From an uncultured Hyphomicrobiales bacterium (lineage in GTDB: Bacteria; Bacteroidota; Ignavibacteria; Kapaibacteriales; UBA2268), in assembly GCA_964637845.1 (NCBI GenBank), contig CAZWXI010000004.1, forward strand, positions 4,303 to 68,302: a stretch of DNA of 64,000 nt, read 5' to 3'. A program made the translations under genes and the position numbers. Below, one piece after another: positions 48,564-57,861 of the stretch. Under the pieces are notes generated by a model. That model saw nothing but the letters and a program-made list of their open reading frames with translations, was not told the DNA's origin and ran no database searches. Within the stretch, counting starts at the first letter, position 1; each line of letters opens with the position of its first letter.

Positions 48564-50027
48564 ATGGCGTTAGAAATGGAAAACATAATACTCATTATTT
48601 ATTTTATTTCGCTCAACATTTTGTTTTTGTTCGGTATTCATGGCTTGATTTTGCTCTACTATTACCGCAAAACTAACGCCGCAAACCACCCGAACGAACA
48701 AATGCCCGAAATAGCTCCGCTTGTAACTATCCAACTACCAATTTTCAACGAAAAGTACGTAGTGGCAAGACTTATCAAATCGGTTTGTGACATCGAATAT
48801 CCCAGGGACCGACTTGAAATACAAGTTCTTGACGATTCTACCGATGATACTCGGAAAATTGCGGCTGATTTAGTCCAACGATATGCTTCCGAAGGATATG
48901 ATATTGTCTATATCAATCGTGGTAGTAGAACAGGTTTCAAGGCAGGTGCTCTAAAATATGGCTTAGAAACAGCTAAAGGCGAATTCGTTGCTATTTTTGA
49001 TGCCGATTTTGTCCCCAATAAGGACTTCCTGCTTCGAACAATACCCCATTTCAATAACCCCGAAATCGGAATGGTCCAAACTCGCTGGGAACATTTGAAC
49101 GAGGAATATTCTTTTCTTACCAAAGCTCAAGCTCTGGCACTCGACGGGCATTTTGTAATTGAACAACAAGTTCGGAATAAGGCAGGATTTTTTATTAATT
49201 TCAATGGTACTGCAGGCATTTGGCGCCGTGAATGTATTTACGATGCAGGCAATTGGGAAGCCGATACACTTACAGAAGACCTTGATTTGAGCTATCGTGC
49301 TCAACTCAAAGGTTGGAAATTCAGATTCCTGAACGATGTGACTTCGCCCGCTGAACTTCCTGCGGATATCAATGCTCTCAAAACACAGCAATTCCGATGG
49401 ACAAAAGGTGCAGTCGAAACGGCAATTAAAATTTTGCCCAAGGTTTTGAAGTCGAAATTACCCTTAAAAGTGAAATTTGAATGCATAGTACATCTTTCAA
49501 GCAACATAGTTTTTCCATTCATTATTGTTGTTGCGCTACTTAATATTCCGCTGGTCATAATCAAGAACACCATTGGTGGTTTTGATGAGTACTATTCAAT
49601 GATGTCAATTTTTGTGCTTGCATCGATATCCACCTTTTTATTCTATACTTATGCGCAAAAGGCACTTCACTTAGATTGGAGGCAGAGATTATTACTCTTT
49701 CCCGTATTCCTTGCTGGGAGTATGGGATTCGCCGTGAATAATTCCAAAGCCGTGATTGAAGCATTATTGGGTAAAAAATCAGCCTTTGCCCGAACCCCTA
49801 AAGAGGGCATAGTCGGCAATAAAAAAGCAATTACAACAAAATCGTATTTTCATCGCCGAATCAGCATCACAGTCTTATTCGAATTACTTTTAGCACTGTA
49901 TTATGTTGCTGGAATCATATTGTCAGTCGTATATCTCGAAATTGCGGCAATTCCATTCCAATTGCTTTTCCTGTTTGGCTTTGGAACGGTAGGATATTTA
50001 TCTTTACGGCACGCTTTAGCAAAGTAA
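48564..50027 (+). CDS. Family-2 glycosyltransferase, processive type (cellulose-synthase-like, QxxRW)
   Basis: D,D,D,QxxRW set: VLDDSTDDT, FDADFVPNKDFL, TLTEDLDL, QQFRWTKG. N- and C-terminal TM helices. Confidence 0.75.
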   Translation: MALEMENIILIIYFISLNILFLFGIHGLILLYYYRKTNAANHPNEQMPEIAPLVTIQLPIFNEKYVVARLIKSVCDIEYPRDRLEIQVLDDSTDDTRKIAADLVQRYASEGYDIVYINRGSRTGFKAGALKYGLETAKGEFVAIFDADFVPNKDFLLRTIPHFNNPEIGMVQTRWEHLNEEYSFLTKAQALALDGHFVIEQQVRNKAGFFINFNGTAGIWRRECIYDAGNWEADTLTEDLDLSYRAQLKGWKFRFLNDVTSPAELPADINALKTQQFRWTKGAVETAIKILPKVLKSKLPLKVKFECIVHLSSNIVFPFIIVVALLNIPLVIIKNTIGGFDEYYSMMSIFVLASISTFLFYTYAQKALHLDWRQRLLLFPVFLAGSMGFAVNNSKAVIEALLGKKSAFARTPKEGIVGNKKAITTKSYFHRRISITVLFELLLALYYVAGIILSVVYLEIAAIPFQLLFLFGFGTVGYLSLRHALAK

Positions 50028-50119
50028 AAAAGTACACCAATTTACAATAATTCCGATTAAGGCAACGGAATTATTATATTTTTTTTTACATTTGTAAAAA
50101 AGTATTACGCAAGCTAACT

Positions 50120-50902
50120 ATGAGTTCTATTTCTACAAATCAGGTTCGTGAATTTGATATATCCGAGATACTTGCTATCGCATGGAATATTTTTCGAACG
50201 AAATATTCCGTGATTTTCACGATTGGATTCATTGTGTATCTACCAGCAAACGTGCTTCTTGCGGGTATGCCCGAAATTACACTGAATAGTCTCATACATA
50301 CTGATTATTTCACAACTTTGCATTATTCGGCAGTTATTGTTTGTTCGATGCTACTCGGTTTTGGAGGAAATATAGTGGTAGCCGTTGCTGTAAATAACAT
50401 TATTTTTAATCAGAACGACTCTATTGCCGATACACTGAAAATTTTCTTTAAAAAGATAATCAATTCTTTCCATGTTAATTTATTTGTGATATTGTTATTC
50501 TTTTTGGGTTCTACAATTTGGCTCTCAACAATATTCATCAATTCATTTTTCTTTCTTGCGGTTACTGTTCCGGCGATAATTTTGCTCAACTACTGGGTTT
50601 TCGGCATCTATTCTTTTGCAGTTAAGGATTTAAATTTGTTCCAGTCATTGAAGTATAGCTTTAATATAGTTTATGGGCGGTGGAACCGAGTATTTCTCTA
50701 TACAGTATTATTGTTTTTGATGTCAATGATTGTTGTTCTTATTGCTTCAGTACCTTATTCTTTTCTTGGCGGTGATTTCGCGATTGAAGTAACGTTCAAC
50801 ACACTTGTATCAATACTTTCATCATTTTTTGTGATTGCGTTTACTGTATTTTTCATTAATTTCGAAGCCACATTTGAATTATCTGTTCAGCAGGTGGAAT
50901 AA
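50120..50902 (+). CDS. Hypothetical polytopic membrane protein
   Basis: 260 aa with 6-7 hydrophobic helices. No recognisable family. Confidence 0.4.
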   Translation: MSSISTNQVREFDISEILAIAWNIFRTKYSVIFTIGFIVYLPANVLLAGMPEITLNSLIHTDYFTTLHYSAVIVCSMLLGFGGNIVVAVAVNNIIFNQNDSIADTLKIFFKKIINSFHVNLFVILLFFLGSTIWLSTIFINSFFFLAVTVPAIILLNYWVFGIYSFAVKDLNLFQSLKYSFNIVYGRWNRVFLYTVLLFLMSMIVVLIASVPYSFLGGDFAIEVTFNTLVSILSSFFVIAFTVFFINFEATFELSVQQVE

Positions 50903-51017
50903 TAATTATGAACAAAAATTAATTTGTGATTTGATGATAAGTAATTAGTTTAAATTTTTTTATATTACATTTTTAATAAATATCTGAAAAAATTATTCAT
51001 TTTTAATAGGAGTTTAT

Positions 51018-53093
51018 ATGCCCCGATTTTGCATATTAATAGTACTTTTTCTGAGCATTCCAGTATTATTAATCAGTCAAAGCCCATTGTCAGATGTGAT
51101 TAATACTACGCCTGCTCATAATCATGATGTTGAGTTCATCGGTGAAGGTAAATCACCGTACTTAGGTAACGATAAGGATTACCTTCCTTCATTACAAGGC
51201 AAGTTCAAGGAACTTGGTGTGGCGTTCAACTTGTTTTCTAACGTTTGGTGGACATCGGGTAACCCTTTTGTTTACGAACCTAAATCGAATACACTGATTT
51301 TTGCTCAATCAAGCCGCGCACGATTACCAGAAGGTTCGGATACAGCCAATTACACCGGCTCATTGTTCCTTTATATTTCACAAGACGGTGGTGAAAATTG
51401 GCAAGTCCACGAAATATATCGTAAATGGGGTCATGTGCCGACAAATCCTTCCGTTGCTGTACTCAATCCGACTAATACCACAAATCCCGCCGATTTGCAG
51501 TATGTAATTTACACAAGATATTTTATCCCAGAATGGTCAGACGGTCAGTTGGTTCTTGAATTGCGAGGTGCTTTGTTTTTGATATTTACAGGAAAAAATT
51601 GGGAGTATATAGAATTTCCCGAAGCAGCACCTCTTTCTAACAACCCTGGGAAACAACAACGCTGGATATTATCCAATAATGTTGCTTCAGATGCTAAGAA
51701 CGGTAGTTGGTTCTATACTGCCGGCGTTCTTTCACCTGCAAACGATTTTGTGCAATACGGTACTTATGGCGTGGGTTTTATCGGATTAGACAAGAATGAT
51801 GCCGGTTCATCTATACCGTCTCATTTCAATCACGACCAGTTCCGCCCAAGCCCAAACACTGAAACATCATACCAGAGTCCAATCGAAATAGATGTTGACC
51901 CCGTTGGAAATGTCTATGTTGCTGTAAATAACTACTTTTTACCCTACAACGATGATGGTAGGGACAGAGTCATCGGTGTAGCAAAATCCACCGATAACGG
52001 TAAAACATATTCGCAATTCAATAAGATGTCACGTTCAATTATTGATAATTTTGTTGAATTCAAAGGAGGCAATCCCACATTAGGATTTCCATTGCCGGAG
52101 CAATATCCGTATGGTACAAGCGGGTTCCGCGTTTATGGCGAAGATGAATACAGTTATGTTTACAGGATTTTCAGTTATTACGGCTCGGAAGAAGGGCAGT
52201 TAGAGACATATATTGTAGAAGCGTTTCATAAGGATGGCCAATGGGGAATGCGAGATATTTCAACATTTAGCGGCAAAAAATGGAGAATCCCATACGTAAT
52301 TCAAGATACTAATTCACTAATCGAACAAGATGTTTTTGTGAACAATGCCCGCCAACATGAAATACAACTTTCAATAACTGCCGATGGACAATATCTTGTT
52401 GCAAAATGGATTGACAACCGTGATGAGACAGCCAAATTAGCGAATAGAGTTCAAATTGTAAACTTAGGTGGAGTTGACTCAATGCTCACAACGGATATTT
52501 TCTATTCTTACAGAGCAATTAATTCAACCCAATGGTCGCCATCATATAATCTTACCAATGATGTATGGATGAATAATGCAACTATAATTCCTCCCGTTCT
52601 GCCGAGCATCAACAATATTCCGATTATCGAACATGCAACTGTCAGATTCACCAATCCGAACGACCCGAGATATAATTATCCATATTTCGTTCAGAACTTT
52701 GTTGTCGGCACAGCAATCCGCAAGCATATTTTATTTACCTCATTCGATGGCTTGAATCCAACAAAAATTGGTAATCCGTCCATTCAAATTCCCGAGGGGG
52801 TAAGCGGTGCAAGCGTCCGCGAAAATAACTACAGCTTTAGAATCCACAGCGTATCGCCAAATCCCGCGACCGATGAAGCATTTGTAAACTACCAACTCGA
52901 CCGTTCGGGTTTTGTAACAATTGATATTTATAACACATTGGGGCAGAAAATTTTAAATATAAGAAATGCACATACAGATGCAGGAATTTGGCAAGCATAC
53001 TTCTCTGTTGCCGAATTACCTGTTGGGACTTACTACTGCACATTGACGCTTGATGGTAAAACTGCTACAAGGATTATGAATGTCGTAAGATAG
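51018..53093 (+). CDS. T9SS-secreted BNR/Asp-box repeat (sialidase-like beta-propeller) protein
   Basis: Signal peptide MPRFCILIVLFLSIPVLLISQS. Asp-boxes SQDGGENWQ and STDNGKTY. C-terminal Por sorting domain ...HSVSPNPATDEAFVNYQLDRSGFVTIDIYNTLGQKILNI...YYCTLTLDGKTATRIMNVVR. Confidence 0.75.
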   Translation: MPRFCILIVLFLSIPVLLISQSPLSDVINTTPAHNHDVEFIGEGKSPYLGNDKDYLPSLQGKFKELGVAFNLFSNVWWTSGNPFVYEPKSNTLIFAQSSRARLPEGSDTANYTGSLFLYISQDGGENWQVHEIYRKWGHVPTNPSVAVLNPTNTTNPADLQYVIYTRYFIPEWSDGQLVLELRGALFLIFTGKNWEYIEFPEAAPLSNNPGKQQRWILSNNVASDAKNGSWFYTAGVLSPANDFVQYGTYGVGFIGLDKNDAGSSIPSHFNHDQFRPSPNTETSYQSPIEIDVDPVGNVYVAVNNYFLPYNDDGRDRVIGVAKSTDNGKTYSQFNKMSRSIIDNFVEFKGGNPTLGFPLPEQYPYGTSGFRVYGEDEYSYVYRIFSYYGSEEGQLETYIVEAFHKDGQWGMRDISTFSGKKWRIPYVIQDTNSLIEQDVFVNNARQHEIQLSITADGQYLVAKWIDNRDETAKLANRVQIVNLGGVDSMLTTDIFYSYRAINSTQWSPSYNLTNDVWMNNATIIPPVLPSINNIPIIEHATVRFTNPNDPRYNYPYFVQNFVVGTAIRKHILFTSFDGLNPTKIGNPSIQIPEGVSGASVRENNYSFRIHSVSPNPATDEAFVNYQLDRSGFVTIDIYNTLGQKILNIRNAHTDAGIWQAYFSVAELPVGTYYCTLTLDGKTATRIMNVVR

Positions 53094-53125
53094 CAAGTTA
53101 GTTAATCTTTAGTTACACAAGTTGG

Positions 53126-53157
53126 AGCAAGAGGTATGACCTCTTGCTTTTTTTTTC
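53126..53157 (+). terminator. Rho-independent terminator after the BNR/T9SS gene
   Basis: AGCAAGAGGT-ATG-ACCTCTTGCT stem followed by T9. Confidence 0.8.
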
Positions 53158-53270
53158 ATAAACGGGAATACATTTCTTGTAATTAAATGATAAATAAGAA
53201 CTTACTATATTTCAATATTTGGCATCAACTTTGCTAATCTATTATAGTTATATAAGGAGGAAACTGAAAA

Positions 53271-54374
53271 ATGAAAATAATTTTAACTTCAATTTGTGCA
53301 TTTCTTATGGGTTTTACGGTAATTTCTGCTGCAAAACCGATAATCAATGTTCCTGCTTTGCCATCTGATTCCGAACTTGAAATGTACGAGGAAAGCGAAG
53401 GCCTCTTCGCTCTCAAAGTACTTGAATTATACAGAACTTGTGTGATGCTCGAGACACAACTACAAATTATGGGGATAGAACCCAAGACTCGGGTGTTCCA
53501 ACCAACTTTCGAAGAGCTTGAAGACATGGACTTCAGAATTATTCGAAAATACCACAGAATCGCAATGAATCTGGAGCAAGAGATTTTTTCAGCGCCCGAA
53601 ACCGACCGCCAATTGCTTCTCGAAAAAATCAACAGACTCGAGAAGCAGTTGAGCGATACGGTAGCTGATATGCTTGTTATGAAAGGAGGTGCAACAAACG
53701 ATATTTTACGTGAAATGCTTACAAGATTAAAAGCACAAGCTCAGTTGTATGAAGACAATTTAAAATTGCTCCGTGAGCAGTTCTTTTTCAATTGTCGCGA
53801 TTTTACAACGATATTTTCAATTGCGGGGACGGGTAATTTATTTGTTTCCAATGGAGGTGACAATGTCAGGAATGACCCTGGATTAGGAGTTAAAGGTGCC
53901 ATAAATATACAAAAGCTATTCGGTTTTTGGCAAGGTGTGGATTTTTGGTATGAGTATCAGTCTCCCAATTTTTATACTAGATATGATATAAATTATATCG
54001 AATACACCGAAAAATGGGGGACAAACATGCATGCTGTAGGATTAGGTGCAAAGATTCCCGTAGTAAAGTCAACTGAAATTATACACGGTTTAAATATGCA
54101 ATTGGGTTATTTCTGGGGTAAAGGCAATGTAGTCAATCGTCCGACAAGCAATTTCAGTTGGGATGGATACAACGTCAATATCGAGTACTTTTTCGGAGTA
54201 CCGAGTTGCGAATTCCCCTTTGAACTCTTCGTTGACTTCTCGATTTATCACTCATTTACGAAAAACTTGGTCTTCAATACTGATGTTCAGGGCTTTGATT
54301 ATCTTGATATAGGCAAAACACATATCGGAGTTTCGCTTGGTGTAAGATACAATTTTTTGAGGACTCCATTTTAA
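53271..54374 (+). CDS. Secreted protein with N-terminal coiled-coil region and C-terminal OMP-like beta-barrel (terminal Phe)
   Basis: Signal peptide MKIILTSICAFLMGFTVISAAKP. Heptad-rich segment aa 40-180. The C-terminal half carries alternating aromatic/hydrophobic strands and ends ...GVRYNFLRTPF. Confidence 0.5.
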   Translation: MKIILTSICAFLMGFTVISAAKPIINVPALPSDSELEMYEESEGLFALKVLELYRTCVMLETQLQIMGIEPKTRVFQPTFEELEDMDFRIIRKYHRIAMNLEQEIFSAPETDRQLLLEKINRLEKQLSDTVADMLVMKGGATNDILREMLTRLKAQAQLYEDNLKLLREQFFFNCRDFTTIFSIAGTGNLFVSNGGDNVRNDPGLGVKGAINIQKLFGFWQGVDFWYEYQSPNFYTRYDINYIEYTEKWGTNMHAVGLGAKIPVVKSTEIIHGLNMQLGYFWGKGNVVNRPTSNFSWDGYNVNIEYFFGVPSCEFPFELFVDFSIYHSFTKNLVFNTDVQGFDYLDIGKTHIGVSLGVRYNFLRTPF

Positions 54375-54392
54375 CATTTTGTAAGGAATAAA

Positions 54393-55304
54393 ATGAAAAA
54401 GCTGATAATATTTTTATTTATTGTTCTTATAGCAGTTTCAAACGATACTTTGTCTCAGGAAAGTTCATTGGAACTCGGGAAAAGGTTTTTGAAACTTGGA
54501 AATACTTATCGTGAATCGGGAGATTTTGATAATGCCGCACAATTTCTAAACCGAGGCTTAAGGGCCGTAGAATCTAATCGCGGATTCGAAGCTCAGTATT
54601 GGTCAGCAGTCGCATACGAATTTTTCGGTTATTTATACAGAGATATGGAAATGAAAGCCGATTCGCAAGCAAACTTCCGCAAAGCCTTGGATATTTATTC
54701 AAACATCATTTCACAAAGAGATGGAAGCCCCACTGCGATGCAAAACGTAATCGAAAGCATAGACCAATTGAGTGCATTTACTGAGCCGAGTTCGCTTTTC
54801 GGCACATCTTCTGGAATAATCAATCTTTCAAATAGTAAGTTACGTACTATACCTTACGATATTCCGCTCAATTCAACGAGTTTGCTACTTTCGGATAACA
54901 GATTCAGCGATTTCCCAGATGGTATTAATCGTTATAAAAATCTCGAATACCTTGACTTATCCGGGAACAAACTAAGGAATGTATCGCCAGAGATTGGTGA
55001 TATCACCAAACTTCATTATCTCGACTTGAGTAGAAACAGACTTACAACTCTTCCGGCAGATATGGCAAAATTAAAAAGTCTTCGTGAATTGAATCTCAGC
55101 AATAACAAGCTTAAAGAGATTCCACCTACCTTGTGTGAATTAAAAGGTCTCAGATTGCTTAATCTTAGAGGTAACAAAATAAGACACGAAGATGTGATGA
55201 ACTTAGTCAGGTGCTTACCATCAACAAACATCGTTTTTGATGAGTACATTCGCAAAGAGGATGCTCCGGGAGGAGACGATGCTTTCCCAGGATTTGATGA
55301 TTAG
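54393..55304 (+). CDS. Secreted leucine-rich-repeat protein with TPR-like N-terminal segment
   Basis: Signal peptide MKKLIIFLFIVLIAVSNDTLSQ. About 6 LRR units of the form L..L.L..N.L..(I/L)P (LEYLDLSGNKLRNVSPEIG, LHYLDLSRNRLTTLPADM, LRELNLSNNKLKEIPPTL, LRLLNLRGNKI). Confidence 0.75.
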   Translation: MKKLIIFLFIVLIAVSNDTLSQESSLELGKRFLKLGNTYRESGDFDNAAQFLNRGLRAVESNRGFEAQYWSAVAYEFFGYLYRDMEMKADSQANFRKALDIYSNIISQRDGSPTAMQNVIESIDQLSAFTEPSSLFGTSSGIINLSNSKLRTIPYDIPLNSTSLLLSDNRFSDFPDGINRYKNLEYLDLSGNKLRNVSPEIGDITKLHYLDLSRNRLTTLPADMAKLKSLRELNLSNNKLKEIPPTLCELKGLRLLNLRGNKIRHEDVMNLVRCLPSTNIVFDEYIRKEDAPGGDDAFPGFDD

Positions 55305-55310
55305 CAAAAA

Positions 55311-56012
55311 CTATTTGATTATCTCAATTATCCTGATTTTGATGTTTTGAGATTGCTCAATGTAGATACCTTGGCAAATTACATCATAGCTCGCCAAGGC
55401 GTTCATATTTAACTCAACTTCGGCGATAAGTTTGTCGTTTGTGTCGTAAATATTCATTTTATGTTTACCGTGTGGGATACTTATAAAATCCGTATATCCG
55501 CCAAAAAATACTGTTTCATCAAACCCGATTGCAGTATTTTGAAATTTGATTCCATTAGCATTATTCAACAAGTTGAATAACCTTATGTATGCGATTTCAC
55601 TTTTGGGCGCCGGAATGACATCATCTATTAAAACTGTTTGAGCTATACTCCCTCGACCAAAAACCGCGAGGGTATAACGTTCTTCCTTGGCTAATAAATA
55701 TGCATGATTTGCTATGACTTGATTTCTGCTTATGGATTTAATTCTTACAAAAGTATTGCCAGACTGAAATTTTTGATAATTTTGCGGTGTTTCATCGTCA
55801 TTTAACGCTGATGCTTGAATTTCAATATCGTTACTTTCTGCACTAATTTCAATGTGATTGGGTAGTGCATTGATTAATCTCACATAACTGAAATTTTCGG
55901 GATTTATTACTTTTGGTGTATTAATTTCAGGCACACATTCGCAACCGATGTTCAGAACAACTACTGCGAATGTGAATAAAAGGTAAAGACCATATTTCAT
56001 GAATTCTATCAA
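55311..56012 (-). CDS. Hypothetical lipoprotein/secreted protein (possibly DUF4397-like), last gene of the ECF sigma cluster
   Basis: Signal peptide with Cys (VVVLNIGCEC). Two internal repeats (SYVRLINALPNHIEI, AYIRLFNLLNNANGIKF). Overlaps the upstream anti-sigma gene by 4 nt. Confidence 0.35.
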   Translation of the reverse strand: MIEFMKYGLYLLFTFAVVVLNIGCECVPEINTPKVINPENFSYVRLINALPNHIEISAESNDIEIQASALNDDETPQNYQKFQSGNTFVRIKSISRNQVIANHAYLLAKEERYTLAVFGRGSIAQTVLIDDVIPAPKSEIAYIRLFNLLNNANGIKFQNTAIGFDETVFFGGYTDFISIPHGKHKMNIYDTNDKLIAEVELNMNALASYDVICQGIYIEQSQNIKIRIIEIIK

Positions 56013-57277
56013 AATCCTATGCTAATACCTCCCGTAACACCGACTTTATTCGAATTGTATAGTGTGCCGCCCACATTATAAATCAAGGTTCCATATTCAA
56101 ATCCTAAATTGAAACTAACGGGTGAGGCGACTTGCCAAATCAGTCCTGCCTGAGTTTTAAACACTGGTCCAATTGCTGTATAGCCGGCAAATTGCTGTAA
56201 ATACGGGTACAAGTAATAAGGAATAATAAACTCTTTTGGGGTTAATCTATAATTTCCTCCGAGCATAAATATTTCAGGACTTTGCGAATATTGCAAACCC
56301 TCTGGCGTTATAAAATTCTGGGTGAAATTCTCTTGTGCAATTTCTAACCCAATTGCATGAAAATCATTAATAGCATATATAAACGATACGGCATAACTTT
56401 CTCGAGGCATAGAAAGTTTGGACGATGCCAAAGTAGGCGAGACATTAGTCGGCCCTGACATACGAATATTTATGTTATGCCTTGTACCGGTCAATGAATT
56501 GTCTAATAAGGTACTACCATAAAATTCGCTTTCATTATATCCAACTGAACTACCGAATCGCTTCAAATTATTGAAATGTTTTCTATTTGCAGTTGGTTTT
56601 ATTGCAAAATATGACTGACTTGCGGTTGAATTATTTGCGTAATCCCACAATTCCGATTGATTGCCTGCTAATGAGTTTTGATTTCTGTCAATATCAGAAT
56701 TGCTATTTGTAACGTCAAAAGCTGTAGAATTGCCTCGGGACCTAGCTTTCTCGACATTCGAAGGTAATGAACCGAAGTTTTTCATATTTATTGAGTTGTT
56801 ACCTGAGATTTCACTTGACTGATTTGTTTCACCAACTTGTCCTTTTGCCTCATTATCAGAGGCAAAAGATGAGCTAACAGGTATGTTATTTTGTCCGGGT
56901 GCTTGCAGTGATGCGAGTTCAGCACTTAATTGAGCATTCTTTTGATATTCTATAACTCCCCATCCGATTGCTCCGAAGAAGAAAAGCAAAAATATTGCAG
57001 GTGAAAATCTGGCGAGGAATTTCTTGAAAGCGGCAACGGGAGATTGCACATAATTCGCGGGTAATGCTAAACCAAGTCCCGTGAATATAGCATTTGTAAC
57101 ATGTAACGGTGGGACTATCTGCGACATTTCCTCCTGCGCCGCAAGGTGCATTTTGAACTGAGTGTTGAATTCTCGCCTGATTTCATCACTTTGGGAGAGC
57201 ATCGAAAACAGCGTTTGCTCGTTAGTGCTATCCAAACCACCGTCAATGTAATCGTGTATCATTTTAGCATAAGACAT
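56009..57277 (-). CDS. Putative anti-sigma factor: cytoplasmic N-domain, single TM helix, low-complexity linker, and C-terminal OMP-like beta-barrel domain
   Basis: Immediately downstream of the ECF sigma gene. Anti-sigma-like N-terminus MIHDYIDGGLDSTNEQTLFSMLSQSDEIRREF. TM helix AIFLLFFFGAIGWGVI. Ser/Asn-rich linker. The C-terminal 150 aa are rich in beta-strands and end GISIGF. Confidence 0.6.
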   Translation of the reverse strand: MSYAKMIHDYIDGGLDSTNEQTLFSMLSQSDEIRREFNTQFKMHLAAQEEMSQIVPPLHVTNAIFTGLGLALPANYVQSPVAAFKKFLARFSPAIFLLFFFGAIGWGVIEYQKNAQLSAELASLQAPGQNNIPVSSSFASDNEAKGQVGETNQSSEISGNNSINMKNFGSLPSNVEKARSRGNSTAFDVTNSNSDIDRNQNSLAGNQSELWDYANNSTASQSYFAIKPTANRKHFNNLKRFGSSVGYNESEFYGSTLLDNSLTGTRHNINIRMSGPTNVSPTLASSKLSMPRESYAVSFIYAINDFHAIGLEIAQENFTQNFITPEGLQYSQSPEIFMLGGNYRLTPKEFIIPYYLYPYLQQFAGYTAIGPVFKTQAGLIWQVASPVSFNLGFEYGTLIYNVGGTLYNSNKVGVTGGISIGF

Positions 57278-57288
57278 ATCTAGCCCTA

Positions 57289-57861
57289 TTATATATTTTT
57301 ATTATTAATTTCTAATTCGTTAAGATACTTTGATATTATTATTTTTACTTTTTCCTTGGCTCGCCAGCATTTACTCCTTACACTTGCATAATTTTCGCCG
57401 ATTATTTCTGAGATTTCTTCATAATTCAAACCCTCGTACATTCGCAGAACGAAAACTTCCTTATAATCACCTTTCAAAGTATCAATAGCAATGTTCAATA
57501 GTTGCTTCATCTCGAAATCTTCCTGTTCGTGACCAATGTATGGTGTCATAAATTCATCGAATTCCACATCTTTCCGGTTGTCGCGTATGCTGTTCAGGCA
57601 AAGATTCCTTGCAATTTTCAACAAAAAATGCATGATATTGCCGTATAAGGTCTGCGATTGCATTGAATGATAGAATTTCGTGAAAACCTCTTGGAATATA
57701 TCATTAGTTTCTTCGGAGTTTTGCAACATTTTCCGGCAATAAGCATACAATCTTTTCGAATATCGTTCATAAATTTCGGCAAATGCGCCATTTTTGTGAT
57801 TATCTGTCCTAAGAAGATTCACAAGTTCGATGTCATCCAATTTTTTGTAATTCAGCTTCAT
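57289..57861 (-). CDS. RNA polymerase sigma-70 factor, ECF subfamily
   Basis: Region 2 FAEIYERYSKRLYAYCRKML...DIFQEVFTKFY. Region 4 LNYEEISEIIGENYASVRSKCWRAKEKV. 190 aa. Confidence 0.85.
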   Translation of the reverse strand: MKLNYKKLDDIELVNLLRTDNHKNGAFAEIYERYSKRLYAYCRKMLQNSEETNDIFQEVFTKFYHSMQSQTLYGNIMHFLLKIARNLCLNSIRDNRKDVEFDEFMTPYIGHEQEDFEMKQLLNIAIDTLKGDYKEVFVLRMYEGLNYEEISEIIGENYASVRSKCWRAKEKVKIIISKYLNELEINNKNI

